From NCBI GenBank assembly GCA_964016885.1, contig OZ024751.1, positions 6,944,001 through 7,008,000 on the forward strand: a stretch of DNA of 64,000 nucleotides, read 5' to 3'. Shown piece by piece: positions 28,438 through 45,336 of the stretch. Below the pieces are notes generated by a model. It saw nothing but the letters and a program-made list of their open reading frames with translations, was not told the origin of the DNA and ran no database searches. Every line of letters begins with the position of its first letter. Position 1 is the stretch's first letter. Made by a program: the position numbers and the translations under genes. Source of the DNA: Eledone cirrhosa (taxonomy: Eukaryota).

Positions 28438-28459
<22 letters not shown>

Positions 28460-28468
<9 letters not shown>

Positions 28469-29072
28469 CATGTATGTATATACATACTACTGTACGTCTG
28501 TATACATATATGTATGTACGTATACATACATACTTACATTTAAGTACCAGCCGTACTAAAAGAGAGAAATGAAATTTCGTTTCATTCTTTTCCATTTATC
28601 GTTTTCGGTGCGCCCGGCCAACTAACTCACTCGATATGCAAATTATGCTGCTCAGCCGTTAATATGCATAAGGAAAGTATATACTTTCAGGCGTTCAACA
28701 TTCTGACAGAAAAGTATACGATGCTGACGATAGCCAATTAGCTTGAAACTAATGCATCGTTCCTGTGTCAGTGTAGAACAAATAGGTGACGAAGATTGCC
28801 TGAACATTGTACGGCGTAATTCTGGATGTTTGTTTACAAACAAACCGAGCATTATGATAAATGTTCGGTAAACCCATACGTACATATATATATATATGTG
28901 TGCATGTATGTATATATATACATATTATTGTACGTCTGTATACATATATGTATGTACGTATACATACATACTTACATTTAAGTACCAGCCATACTAAGAG
29001 TGAGAAATGAAATTTCGTTTCATTCTTTTCCATTTCTCGTTTTCGGTGCGCCCAGGCGACTAACTCACTCGA
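28460..29072 (+). mobile_element. Retrozyme-like repeat, ~1.4 monomers (period ~438 nt), HHR at 28719-28759
   Basis: Direct repeat 28460-28632 = ~28900-29072; cgatg-CTGACGA-tagc..gctt-GAAA-CTAA-TG-catcg (mutated cleavage site). Confidence 0.75.
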
Positions 29073-29301
29073 TATATATATATATAAGAAAAAACGATGT
29101 CTTCCACTTGGATATATACAAACATAGGAACATCCATCACTAGAACAGCCGCTAAGATAGCGATGGCCAAATGTTCCTCAGAAAGATCAATAGAGACAAT
29201 TTCACCTCTCACCGCTGATCAATGTCCTCTAAGGTATTTTTACCCCTCGCTCGCTGTCTGACAGCATATACAAGTTTTAGCAGCTGCGATAATTTTTCTC
29301 A

Positions 29302-29360
<59 letters not shown>

Positions 29361-29385
29361 GTGTGTGTGTGTGTATTTATATATG

Positions 29386-30060
29386 CGCGAAGACAAAACC
29401 ACGTTTATGGTATAAATTGCGTCATTACACTAATATTCTATTCAGGTAACCGAATGATTCTCGGCTTCGGAGTTATGTAAATAAATTAGTTGAAAGAAAA
29501 TGACAGAGGTTATTAAAATCATGTATGTATATGTTTATATATGTGTATGTAGGAGTGCGTATGTGTGTTTGCACGTATGTATGATGTGTATGTGAGTACA
29601 TAGGGTTTTATTATATACACATTTGGTGAACATATGCATATTTACCTGTAGGTGTGTGTGTGCGTTATATACGCATTTATGCGTGTATATTTATACATGT
29701 ATATATGATTATATGTATACACACACACACACACATATATATTTATATGCGTATTTGGTGTATACGTTCGTATGTGTGCGTGTATATGTGTCGCACCGGC
29801 TTACGTACGTGTACGCGTATTTATGTGTACGTGCATGTATATTCATGCATGGCGTATGTTTTCGCGTATGTACGTATATAGATATGTGTATGTATATATT
29901 TAATTATAATTCCTTTTATGATTTTAATAATATCTGTCATTTTCGTTCAACTAATTTATTTACATTATTCTTAACTCCGAAGCCGAGATCCGATCGGTTT
30001 CCTAAATAGAATATTAGTCTAATGTGTCCATTTATACCATAAACGTGTTTTGTCTTTGCG
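29386..30060. mobile_element. Degenerate MITE/foldback-like element with ~135 bp inverted ends
   Basis: 29386-29521 is an imperfect reverse complement of 29918-30060. Confidence 0.65.
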
Positions 30061-30619
30061 AGTAACTGTTCTCAACGCTTCACATAACGACGGATTATCT
30101 TCGCTCTTTTCCGTTCATTGCCTGAGAACGTCTTCACGAACCAGAGTATCGTCTTACTGTTTTCCTTCGGTTGCAACGTTTTTCGAAATATTTACTTCTG
30201 CGTTCACAGATTGTTTTTTTTTCTTATTTTCAGAAGATCATGTTAATGGTGAAAGCAGCGATTCTTTGCTTAAACTTTAATCTGTTATTTTAATAAATTA
30301 ATATATATATAAATATATATATATATGTGTGTGTGTGTGCGCGTGTGTGTGTGTACACATAGCACGCGTGAGACAGAGGGTGGAGATTGGACATTACCAG
30401 TTGAGACTGGTAAGACCATGTTTAGCTAAGTACTTGATACTTGGAAAAGTAGAGTTAATCTAGTGTAAATAGGTAGAACATGACGGCTGAGCTCACGCAG
30501 TTTCGAGCTGAGCCGCCGGATACTGACAATTTACAATATGTATTTACATATGTATATACTACATTTATATAGATATATACTTACATACATATATATATAT
30601 ATAACACTTCGCCCAGTTA

Positions 30620-31200
30620 TTTCTGAGAGGGTTATAAGGGCAGTCTCTTGAAACACTTCTTCCAGTGGGTCCTGTCTGAAGCAACCGTACCTACTGATCC
30701 GGCTGGATCTCCAATCGAGATCAGCCAAGCTCGTGGATGTTATCCAGCCATCTTGTTGAGGGTCTATATCTAGGTCTCCTTCCTGTTGGTTTTGCCCGTA
30801 TGATCTGTCCAGCGATTCTTTCCTGAGACATTCTAATCACATGTCCATAGTATCAGAGATGTGGGCTCTCAATTCATAGAAGTAGTTGCTCTACGAGGTG
30901 TGACCGTCAGAAAATCCGAGCTACGCAGTCTATCGCGTAACGTTATACCCAAGACCCTTCGGAGGAACCGCATTTCGACCTCTTGTATTTGTGATCGTAT
31001 TCTTTCGGTTATTCCCCAAGATCCATGACGCTAAGTAAGATTTGGATAGCGAGGCTGGCTTCTACACCTACCTCTTTTCGTCGTAATATAAAATACTGAA
31101 TCTGCCACATTACTGCTCCAACCCCTGACATTCTTGCACTCAATTCAGCTTCCTCGTGAACACTTCCTCGAGGTACTTGAAGTGCTCTAACTGCTTCAGT
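30620..31200 (-). mobile_element. Degenerate RTE LINE 3' fragment
   Basis: RIRSQIQEVEMRFLRRVLGI..; homologous to 52405-52790. Confidence 0.65.
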
Positions 31201-31565
31201 GGCACTCCCTTCACATGTAGAATGCACTGCACAGGCTTTCCTATGAGGATGAGTTTATACGGTATATTTTCGGACATTGCTTAATGATAAGTTTGCAGCA
31301 TCATAATTTATCAATTAATTATCTTAATAGATGTATATTTCTTTGCCGAAACGAAACCTTGGTGTATGCACCACTTTGTAGGTGAAATTATATTTCTATA
31401 TTAAAATGTATTTTTTGCTTGCAATACTTAAATTTAATATATTGTAGATTTGTACAGCTAAATATAATATCAAACATATGAAGCTCTAAACCTTAGTTCT
31501 TATCCTGTATTTTATTTAGGGCTATTTAATCTGTAATAAGATTGAAATATTTTAATTAGTCTATT

Positions 31566-31733
<168 letters not shown>

Positions 31734-34413
31734 TGTGTGTGTGTATTCATATCAAAACAACAACAGAAGGTCGAGATTTACTTTAGAATTTTAATTCCAC
31801 GAAAGCTCTCTTCATATTTCGATGGACCTGCCTTACCAGACAATCACGCTGCAAAATTCGAACACGAACAGCACTGATGAATATGGCTATAGCACAGAAT
31901 TGGCAGGCTGTTCCCAAATCGAATCGGTCCTCTATTTTCTATTCTCTGTTCGTGTTAGACGTAATCCTGTTGCTTAATTCTGCAATTGACACCTGATGAA
32001 ATCTGCTAAGACTTGCATCGTGATCGGAAGATAAATATTTATAGTGCTTTCGCGAAATTAAAATTGTAATGTAAATTGCGAAACCGTTCCTGCAACAGCT
32101 ACGGGATACCACATCTATGATGGGTGACTTGCATAACGTTGAGTGCTTTAATTAACTTATTAATCATCGTTTACCAACCGGAACCACGAGTTCTACCCAT
32201 TGGTAAACATCCTAACATAACTGGTATATTCATATATATATATATATATATATATGCTTGTGTAAACATGTATGTTTGTAGTAGTCGACTAAACCAGCAA
32301 CTCACCAAGCTTGCTTTGTGAGCAGAGTGTCATTTGGACATCCTGCGCGATAAATTTCACAGAACAGATGAATTCATGAGTAAACAACCAGCTAAATACT
32401 TATATACAAAGGGACATAGACATACTCATACATGACAAGCCTACTGGAAATGAATGTCCTTTGGTCCTTGTTTGGATATCTCTCTAGGAGAGGGAAACTG
32501 ATATAAACATGTTGCTCAATACTAAGCGATATGAACTTTGAATATAAATGGTTGAATTTATTCTTAGCACCAAAAGAACTGAAGGTGATGTATGATAGCC
32601 ATATTCGAACCTGGTGTGTGGCTAGTAATATGTATGTGTACATATATTTGTGTGAGTTTGTGGGAGGATTTTCATATGCAAAAAAATATGAATACGATAC
32701 AAATGAGTATATTAAGTTAACACTTTTGGGAGAGAGGATCAGTGCATATGGCTCCGGGCTACGCCCCACATCAGATGCTGGAATGAGATACTAAAACAGG
32801 TATGAAATTAGAGAAAACCTTGGAAAAAAGCCGATTGTTGATGATACGTGTAACACATGGGGGTTGTAAAGTAAGAGGAGCCATGATCCTTGAAATTCCG
32901 GTACAGAAAGGGAGATAGGTTAAGGGTGGGGACCTTATTATAGATAATTGAGTAACAAATATCGGATATCTGTGGACCATATTGGAGATTTACAGGAATT
33001 GCAGTTGTGTGCTCAACCCAGGTGGGTTGGAGTTATGTAGTCTTAAAATAGATCATTACTCCCAACTTATCTAGAACTGTCTGAAATTGAAATATAGATA
33101 CACTCTAAACACACTCAAATTGTAGCTGAAATGTCAGGTTAATCGAAGGTGATTGGAGACGGCTGAATCGTTTCCGACACGAATATCGTGGAGGCGACCA
33201 AGAGTCAACGTATGTGGAATCTCATCACATAAATCCTTTATATGGATGAGAAACCATCTGAAATAATCGCATACGTTGTGTTAATCTACTGCAAAAGCTC
33301 TTATTGTAGCTTAAATTATAATATTTAAAAAAGCATATGCAGCAATATTTTATATTTTCCTAAATTCTTGTTGAAAAGAAAGGATGTTCGGCACACACAT
33401 TTCTCAATAGTTTTACTTGATCAGCTGTGATCCAGTGCTAAACAACAGCAACATAATTATCAATGAAGTTCATTAATAATTTTGATAAAAAAATAAATCC
33501 TTTATAAATTTATGGAAGCGAACCTCCATGTTTTCAGGATCATGCACGTTTGAAATGCAAGAAAATTGTGCGTAAATTGTGGCTTTCACTAAAGAAGCAA
33601 TGGAACGTAATTCCATTTATAGCACATCACATACATTATTAGAATATATATAAAAATATCTTTCCTTTGATGTGTAAAATATTCAAATCATTATGTATAA
33701 TTATAATTAAACGACTTTCACAAGATAGAGATAAATTAACGGTTTTATACCAGTTTGCCTGCTCACCATATTTATAAAAGCGGGTATATTATGAGATTTT
33801 AACACATTCTTCAATAAGTTGGGAACATTAATATGTATTCTTATAAAAGTTATTAAACATCCGGAATTAAAATATTGAATGTGTTTAAAAATCAATAACG
33901 CATTTCAGTTAGTCAAACTGCCTATGCAAATGTAATTTAAATATAAATGGATCGTAAGCCTATTGTTTTACTGAAACCTAATGGGATTCTACAATTCCAT
34001 GGGTATATTTGCGAAATATTTGTGTGTGGGTGGAATTTACAACTACATTTGTATTGTACGAAGTTTTGATGGCTGCTTTTCTATTTCGAGGATTGCCATC
34101 ACCCGATTATTTTGCTATACATGGGCGCAACGTACATAGATTTGTAGCTCTAACAAGGTTATACATTCATTTCTGAATATGTTGCAGCTGACAACCACAC
34201 TGATACAAACACGTGAAAAATGTTCGGATCTTTATTAAGTAAAAAAGAGGCTTTGCAATAAACTAAGTGGCAGTTGGCAAAAACGAGGGACAGATCAACG
34301 CCGATAACAACCGCAGGTTTTATTTCAGAGTTTTCTTACTCCTAGAATGATGTCCCTCACTCCAGGCTGGTTAACCGCGCACTTGGTGGACAAACAGAGA
34401 TTCTCATTGTCCC

Positions 34414-34475
<62 letters not shown>

Positions 34476-35045
34476 TTAAAAACAAAAAACAAAAACAATA
34501 ACGAAGAGTGCAGTACAAACAGTGTTAGTATTAGGTTCACGCCTGAGAGTGGGGGTGGGGGACGACGTTTCGGGCATAAGCCCGTCATCGGGAGAAAAGT
34601 GAACAGGTAAAGAGTTCCGAAGATGGGAGGGGTGGTGTTGGAGGGACATTAAACGGGGGGGGGGGCGTTAAGGGGGAAGGGAAACAATTAAAAATTAAAA
34701 TGAAGGTAAAAAAATGAAAATGGAACAAGTGGTGACATGGTGTGAGGTGTTTAGAGGTGGTGGTGGGTGGATGGAGAGTGGGGCGTCGAAGCGGAGAGGG
34801 CGGAAGGTGGTGTGCCTACATGTGGTGGTGTGTAAGTCAGTTTATGTGTGCGTGTGGAAAGAGACGGGTCAAGGGGGGGGGGGGGAGGAGAGGGGGAGTG
34901 CGGAGTCTGGAAGCCGAGTTTGTGTATGTGAGGATACGCACGTGTATGTGTGTGCAAAAATAGTATGTTTGTGGGTGTGTGTGTTCTTGAATGCTTTCCC
35001 GGTGAGTGTATATGTATGTATATATAAGTATACGTATATATTTGA

Positions 35046-35250
35046 AGGCGTGTGGCTCAGGAGTTAGAGAATTGTATTCGCCATCGTGAGGTTGGGAGAT
35101 CGATTGATTGACCAGGCGATGCGTTATGTCCTTGAGCAAGACACTTTATTTCACGTTGCTCCATCTACCTGGAGTTGCGGCCAAAAGATAGTATTAGCAA
35201 TTGGAAAGCCCAACGGAAACATTGTTTCATCAGTCCGATTTGACGAAAGT
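35046..35250 (+). mobile_element. tRNA-derived SINE with CORE-like central domain
   Basis: A-box-like TGGCTCAGGAGTTAGA, degenerate B box GAGATCGATT, then GTCCTTGAGCAAGACACTT. Confidence 0.55.
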
Positions 35251-35297
35251 CGATCGTTCCTTATTATATATATATATATATGTATATTATATATATT

Positions 35298-35772
35298 ATA
35301 AATGGAATAGAATGAAAAGAAATTTCATTTCTCTTAGTACGGCACTTACTTAAATGTAAGTATGTATGTATGTATACATACATATATCTATACAGACGTA
35401 CATTAGTATGTATATATACATACATGCACACATATATATATGCACGTATCGGTTTACCGAACATCTATTATAATGCTCGGTTTGTTTGTTTGTAAACAAA
35501 CAAACAGCCCGAATTACGCCGTACAGTGTTTAAGCAACCACGTCACCCTTTTTTCAACACTGACACAGGAACGATGTACTAGTTTCAAGCTTATTAGCTA
35601 TCGTCAACATCGTATACCCTCCTGCCAGATGGTTGAACGTCTGAAAGTATATACTTTCCTCATGCATATTAACGGCTGAGCAGCCTAATTTGCATATCGA
35701 GTGAGTTCAGTCGGCCGTGCACACCGAAAACGATAAATGGAATAGAATGAAACGAAACTTCATTTCTCACTC
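35298..35772 (-). mobile_element. Retrozyme-like repeat, ~1.1 monomer (period ~435 nt), HHR at 35572-35612
   Basis: Terminal redundancy ataaatggaatagaatgaaa at 35298 and 35733; core reads TTGACGA. Confidence 0.75.
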
Positions 35773-36273
35773 GAGAAATGAAACTCATATGTCACTTACT
35801 CCTTCTTTTAAGTAGTTACTATGTCACTTACTTCTTTTTTTCAATAAAAAAGAAGTAAGTGACATAGTCACTACATTAAAACAATAGTGTTATGTCTTCT
35901 TAATGCTTTTAATGAAGTGTACACTGTATTGCCAAATACACTATACATACATTCATATATATATCGCTATTTCAGAGAACCAATTATAATTTTCAATTTT
36001 TACTGGACCGGCAACCGCTCTGTATAATTAGTTCCTGATTATTACTGGAATTCTATAAGAATCCATTATTTATAATTTTCAACAGAAGAAGAGGCGTGCT
36101 AAATTCTGATCAATATCAACAGTATGAAAGAGAGATCTGTCATTTTATCTCCCTTTGTTTGTTGAAAAAAGAAGTAAGTGACATAGTCACCACTTTACAA
36201 CAATAGCGTAAAGTCTTCAAAATTCGTTTAATTAAGCATACAGTGTATTGCCAAATACACTATACATACATTG

Positions 36274-37392
<1,119 letters not shown>

Positions 37393-37424
37393 TATATATG
37401 TATATATATATATATATTACTCTT

Positions 37425-38308
37425 TTTTTCTCTTTTACCTGTTCCAACCATCTGGCTGAGACCATGCTGGGGCACCACCCTTGTTGCTACACATTTCATC
37501 TCCAGTCTGTATTGGTTGGCCCATGGTGCAAGAGGGAGTTCGTTGCTGCTGCCCTTAGGTTTCCTTCGTGCCTTTATGTGGGCTCATCCGGGATCCTGGA
37601 TAGCAAGGTGTCGAGATGTTTCTTGAAGACATCCACATCCACACCAAGCAGATCTCTCAGAATCGTTCGGCAGCTTAAGTTGAAACCCCTTGAACCCCAG
37701 GCTATTGCAATATCTGCTCCTTATTCTAGATGTGGAAGACGGGACCATTGGCAACACAGAGTAACGTCCTGTTCGACGGTTGGTCCAGCTCCCAATGCCA
37801 AAGTTTGGTGCTAGCCCCTTCATGATTTCCACGTGTAGATCACTGCGTATCTCTCCCATCTTCGTTCCAAGGAGTAGAGGTTTAGTTATTTTAGCCTCTC
37901 CCAGTAGCTTATCTCCTTCATCGTGGCAATCCTCTTGGTGTAGCTTCGCTGCATTGCCTCAAGCTCCGTGTTTAGTTTGACACTATGGGCTGACCACAAC
38001 TAGGAGCAATAGTCCAGGCGGCTTAGGACAGATGTCCTTCATAATGTCAACATGGTGTCTCGGTCTCTTGTCCGGAAAGTCCTCATGATCCAGCCAGCGA
38101 GTTGTCTGCACATTGTCGCCACTTTCATGATGTGTGAGGAAAAAGATGCACCATCGCTCATGTCTATACCCAGGTAACGTATCGATTTCGACACGGGGAT
38201 ATCGGTCCCTCCTGGTCCGGTGTAACTGTGTTGTACTTTATTTGTGTTTGCAGGTTTGTATTGTAGGGCTTGGAATTTGCCAGCATTAAACTGCATGTTG
38301 TTGTCTTG
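37425..38308 (-). mobile_element. CR1-group LINE 3' fragment
   Basis: [49 protein letters not shown]. Confidence 0.75.
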
Positions 38309-38341
38309 TATATATATACACACACACATATATATATATAC

Positions 38342-38690
<349 letters not shown>

Positions 38691-41301
38691 TAAATATATA
38701 TATATATGTATATATGTATATATACATATATATGAATTTGAGACTGTCACTACACTAAAACAATAGCGTAAGGTCTTCGAAATGATTTTACTTAAGCATA
38801 CAGTGTATTACAAAATACACTGTATATACATTCATATATATATCGCTATTTCAGAGCACCAATTCTAATTTTCAATTTCTGCTTGACCGGCAACCGCTCT
38901 GTATAATCAGTTCCTGATTATTACTAGAATTCTATAAGAAATCATCAGGAATCACTGATTCCTCATGATTTCTAAAGAATGAAACAGTTCTAGTCCTGTA
39001 GAATCTCATCTCTCTCTCTCTATATATATATATAGTAATAATAATAAATTTGAAGACTAAAATCCCAAGAGGGTTCGATATATAAATTTAGCGAGAATCG
39101 CATTTCGGCGGGTAGAAATTAGCGAAACGCAGCTTCCGAATTGTGTTGACAAGCGCTCTATGGATATGAAGATACCAGTGTTATAAACATAAATTAAAAA
39201 AATGTCATACAAAACTGAGACGATGTTTAAGAAGCCCTTAACCACCTAAGCCAAAGAAGCGAACAAGCTAAACGTGTCAAACAAAATAAGATATGATTGA
39301 AATAGTTACCGTGACGCTCGGGGAAGATGGTATAATCCGATATAGGGTTTCTGCGACGCCTAAATCAATAATGCTGTCTGTATATAAAAAATAATAAGCT
39401 TTTGGTATAATGATTGAACAAGGAATCACTTTCTCAACAGACATTTTGTTCTTCGTGCGCCATAATCTCGCAGAGTATGAAAGCACATGTGAGGTTCTAA
39501 GGGGAGGAAACCCCTATTTTGGCCAATGAATTCAGCATGTGTAGTTATTGCAAAAATTTGCAAAATAGCACAAAACGAATTAAGCTCTCGACAGATTAGT
39601 TTTTAAAATAAACTTAAGCGATTAATCAGTCAATAAAATTAACTAAAACAGCGCCTCCAACTAAAAAAAAAAATGTATATATATAACAAAGGAATTGTGG
39701 TAAGGAACCAGATGGACCATAACGCACCAGAGTACTCAATACTTAGGGCAATATCATTATATACTTATAAGTAATTGAAAGTAGTTATATTAAAAATAGG
39801 TGTTTATGGGGATATTTCTAGAGTATAAAGTTATAGATAGATGGAATGTGTCGAGATAGGGTGGATCAGAGAGTGTGGAGTTGGCGTGTAAGGTGTGCCC
39901 TTGAGGTGTGGTGTTAGAAGTGGTGATGGGTTCAAGTCCAACATTGTTATCTCGACACAAATTATTCCATCTATCTATAACTGTATACCCTAGAAATATC
40001 CCCATAAACATCTACTTTTAATATAACTACTTTCAATTACTTATAATTATATAATGATACAATACAGTCTATATACACTTTAAATACTAGATACGGCAAT
40101 CAATTATTTATGCATTTGTAATTAAATGTATGGAGTGATAACATTGGATATATATATAAGATTAATTTATTAACATAAGAGATCTGTCTAACTTGTATGT
40201 AGGGTGCTGCAATGAATTATGTATGAATTATATATGAATTATATATGCAAGTATAACTTGATGGATAGATTAATGACATTGTAAATGAGGGATGTATTTG
40301 TCGGCCTAGAGATGTATTTTCTTTTGCCATGCAAACAGCCATACGCTGCTCCATAAATTGCCAGGGGTTATGTAGACAAAATTCTAATAGTTCCCCTGAT
40401 ATGTTCTAAGAGTAGACTGCATTTAGAGTGAACTTTGATATAAAGGTACGGCACTTTGTATGGAATATTCAATTGTAGCACTATATAATAGGGAGTAATC
40501 AACTTAATATAGATACCTTTAGTACATAATGATAGAGTAGACTGTATTTAAAATTGGAAAATAGATATGAATGTATAACCGTCTATATAAGGGACTCAAT
40601 TGAGGCGCCTTATAATGTATGTTAGAACAATGAATTTAGGTATGAGATTCGGCTAGTTACCTCCCCTTACGCATTAACTCCCCTTAATTATACACACGTA
40701 CATCCGGGTAATAAACCGCTGTAAATTCTCGCAGCAGAATCACCCTATTCTATAAACTTGGATTACATAACACTGAGCCTCAATACGCTAAAATAATTTA
40801 TTTTAATGCATCAAACATTCAATACGGAATCATCGTTACTTATGTGATGGATGTAGAAATTATGTCTTATCAATTCTGAATGTGAAAATGATGGTGGATA
40901 CGAAAACCATAACTTTCTTTTTCTTCTTCTTTTTATTTTTATTTTTCTGCACACATACTTTTTTGTTGTATACAAAAAATACATTACCACTACAACCACC
41001 CTAATAATCTTGCTTACCCGCATAAAGTGCTTGCATTACGTGTAAAACCCTGCCACACAATAATTGTATACAAATGAGACACACTTGCATGCTCCACGTG
41101 AAACTAACGCATACATTACCTACTAGACCTGACTATCAAACTATCCTCTTGCATTATCTGTGTTATCTGCCGAATGTATTTTAATTTTAATTTTAATTTT
41201 AATTTTAATTTTTATTTTGATTTTGAATTTGAATTGCTGTACAAAAATAGTATAGTATAATAAAGTATAATATAGTATAGTATAATATATGCCACTCCAC
41301 T

Positions 41302-41380
<79 letters not shown>

Positions 41381-41456
41381 TATATATATAAATATATATA
41401 TCTGTATATATATATATCTGTACATATATATATATATATCTGTACATATATATATA

Positions 41457-44149
<2,693 letters not shown>

Positions 44150-44305
44150 AAAGAATAGAGGTGTAACACACAAGTTATTATATATTGGTAAACGGAATAG
44201 AAAATGGTGACAAATTGTTCACAGTTGAAAAATGGTTTAATTAGGAATAAAAGAGTATTAGTGATTGTATGGGTTAGTATTCAGTTGTGGTTTTAAGTTT
44301 TTAAG

Positions 44306-44345
44306 TTTTTACCGGTTGCGCATTTCTAAATGCTTTTCAAAAATA
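44306..44345 (-). ncRNA. Hammerhead-like variant, family I (other copies 48197-48236 +, 10227-10265 +, 50906-50947 +)
   Basis: ttt-TTGAAAA-gcattt/aaatgc-GCAA-CCGG-TA-aaa; weak stem I. Confidence 0.5.
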
Positions 44346-44664
44346 ATTTTGAGATAGAGTGTCCGTGCTGTTTGCTCTGATCTGATTAGTTTTGGGAATT
44401 CTACCTGTTTTTATGTTAAAAAAATGGCTCCAGCGTTATTTTTGTGTTGTAAAAATGCTTGTGGTCAAAACAATTTTGATTGGTCGGTAGAGGTCATGTG
44501 AATGTAAAAAGTTGATTTTGCGCCAAGACTGTTTTTATGTTAAAATGTTAGAAAAGTGGCTCCAGCAAAGATTATGGTCAAAACAATTTTGATTGGTCGG
44601 TAGAGGTCATGTGGATAAAAAATTGGTTTTGCGCCAAGATTGAGAAATGACTCTTTCACAACAG

Positions 44665-44708
<44 letters not shown>

Positions 44709-45114
44709 TAGTAGTAGTAAGGTATTCGATGCTGCGACAATAGCCACCAGCGATGTGTGTCAAATGGCTATTAAGATAAGTGTGTGTGTGTGTGTGTGTG
44801 TGTGCGTACATACACACAGCAGAGTCATTCGAAGGTCAAAAGATATTTTTCAGCTTTTGTCTTATACGGAGAAGTGCGTGTGTGTGTGTGTGTGTGTGTG
44901 TATAAGTCTCTTTGTATGTTGATGTACGCGTGTGTATGTGTCTGTGTATATATATGTGTGTGTGTGTGTGTGTGCGTGTGTGGGTGGACCAGTATTTTTT
45001 TCCCCCCCTGGTAAAATGGTGTACATTATTCGATTTTTTCAGTAAAATCGGTTCTCTTAATAGAACATCAACAATCTTAACAATAAAGGGTGTGAAATGA
45101 TATTCACTATATAC

Positions 45115-45158
<44 letters not shown>

Positions 45159-45336
45159 TTTCACTACATACATATATACATATATATACATATATACATA
45201 CATATATATGCACATATATTTTTTTGTATTGCACCATAGAGCATGTGTGTTTACGTGTGTCATTGTGTTTATATGTGGGTAGAGATGTGTGCTGATGTAG
45301 GTATGTATGTTGACGTGTGTATGTTGTGGGTTCGTC

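Larger units (their letters stand above)
25025..28440 (+). mobile_element. Near full-length Naiad-like Penelope element with 3' pLTR and hammerhead
   Basis: Single RT + GIY-YIG reading frame with two lesions, 1.3 kb 3' region, HHR at 28253-28346, (TA)n flanks. Confidence 0.9.

Noticed and set aside
31982-32080. CTGATGA...GAAA with partial stem I; similar weak motif at ~60130
   Set aside because: Stems II and III do not fold convincingly and there is no second copy for support
34555-34606. Minus-strand CCGATGA-c-gggc/gccc-GAAACGTC hammerhead-like motif
   Set aside because: Core and stem II look right but no stem I pairing could be found; at best a decayed copy
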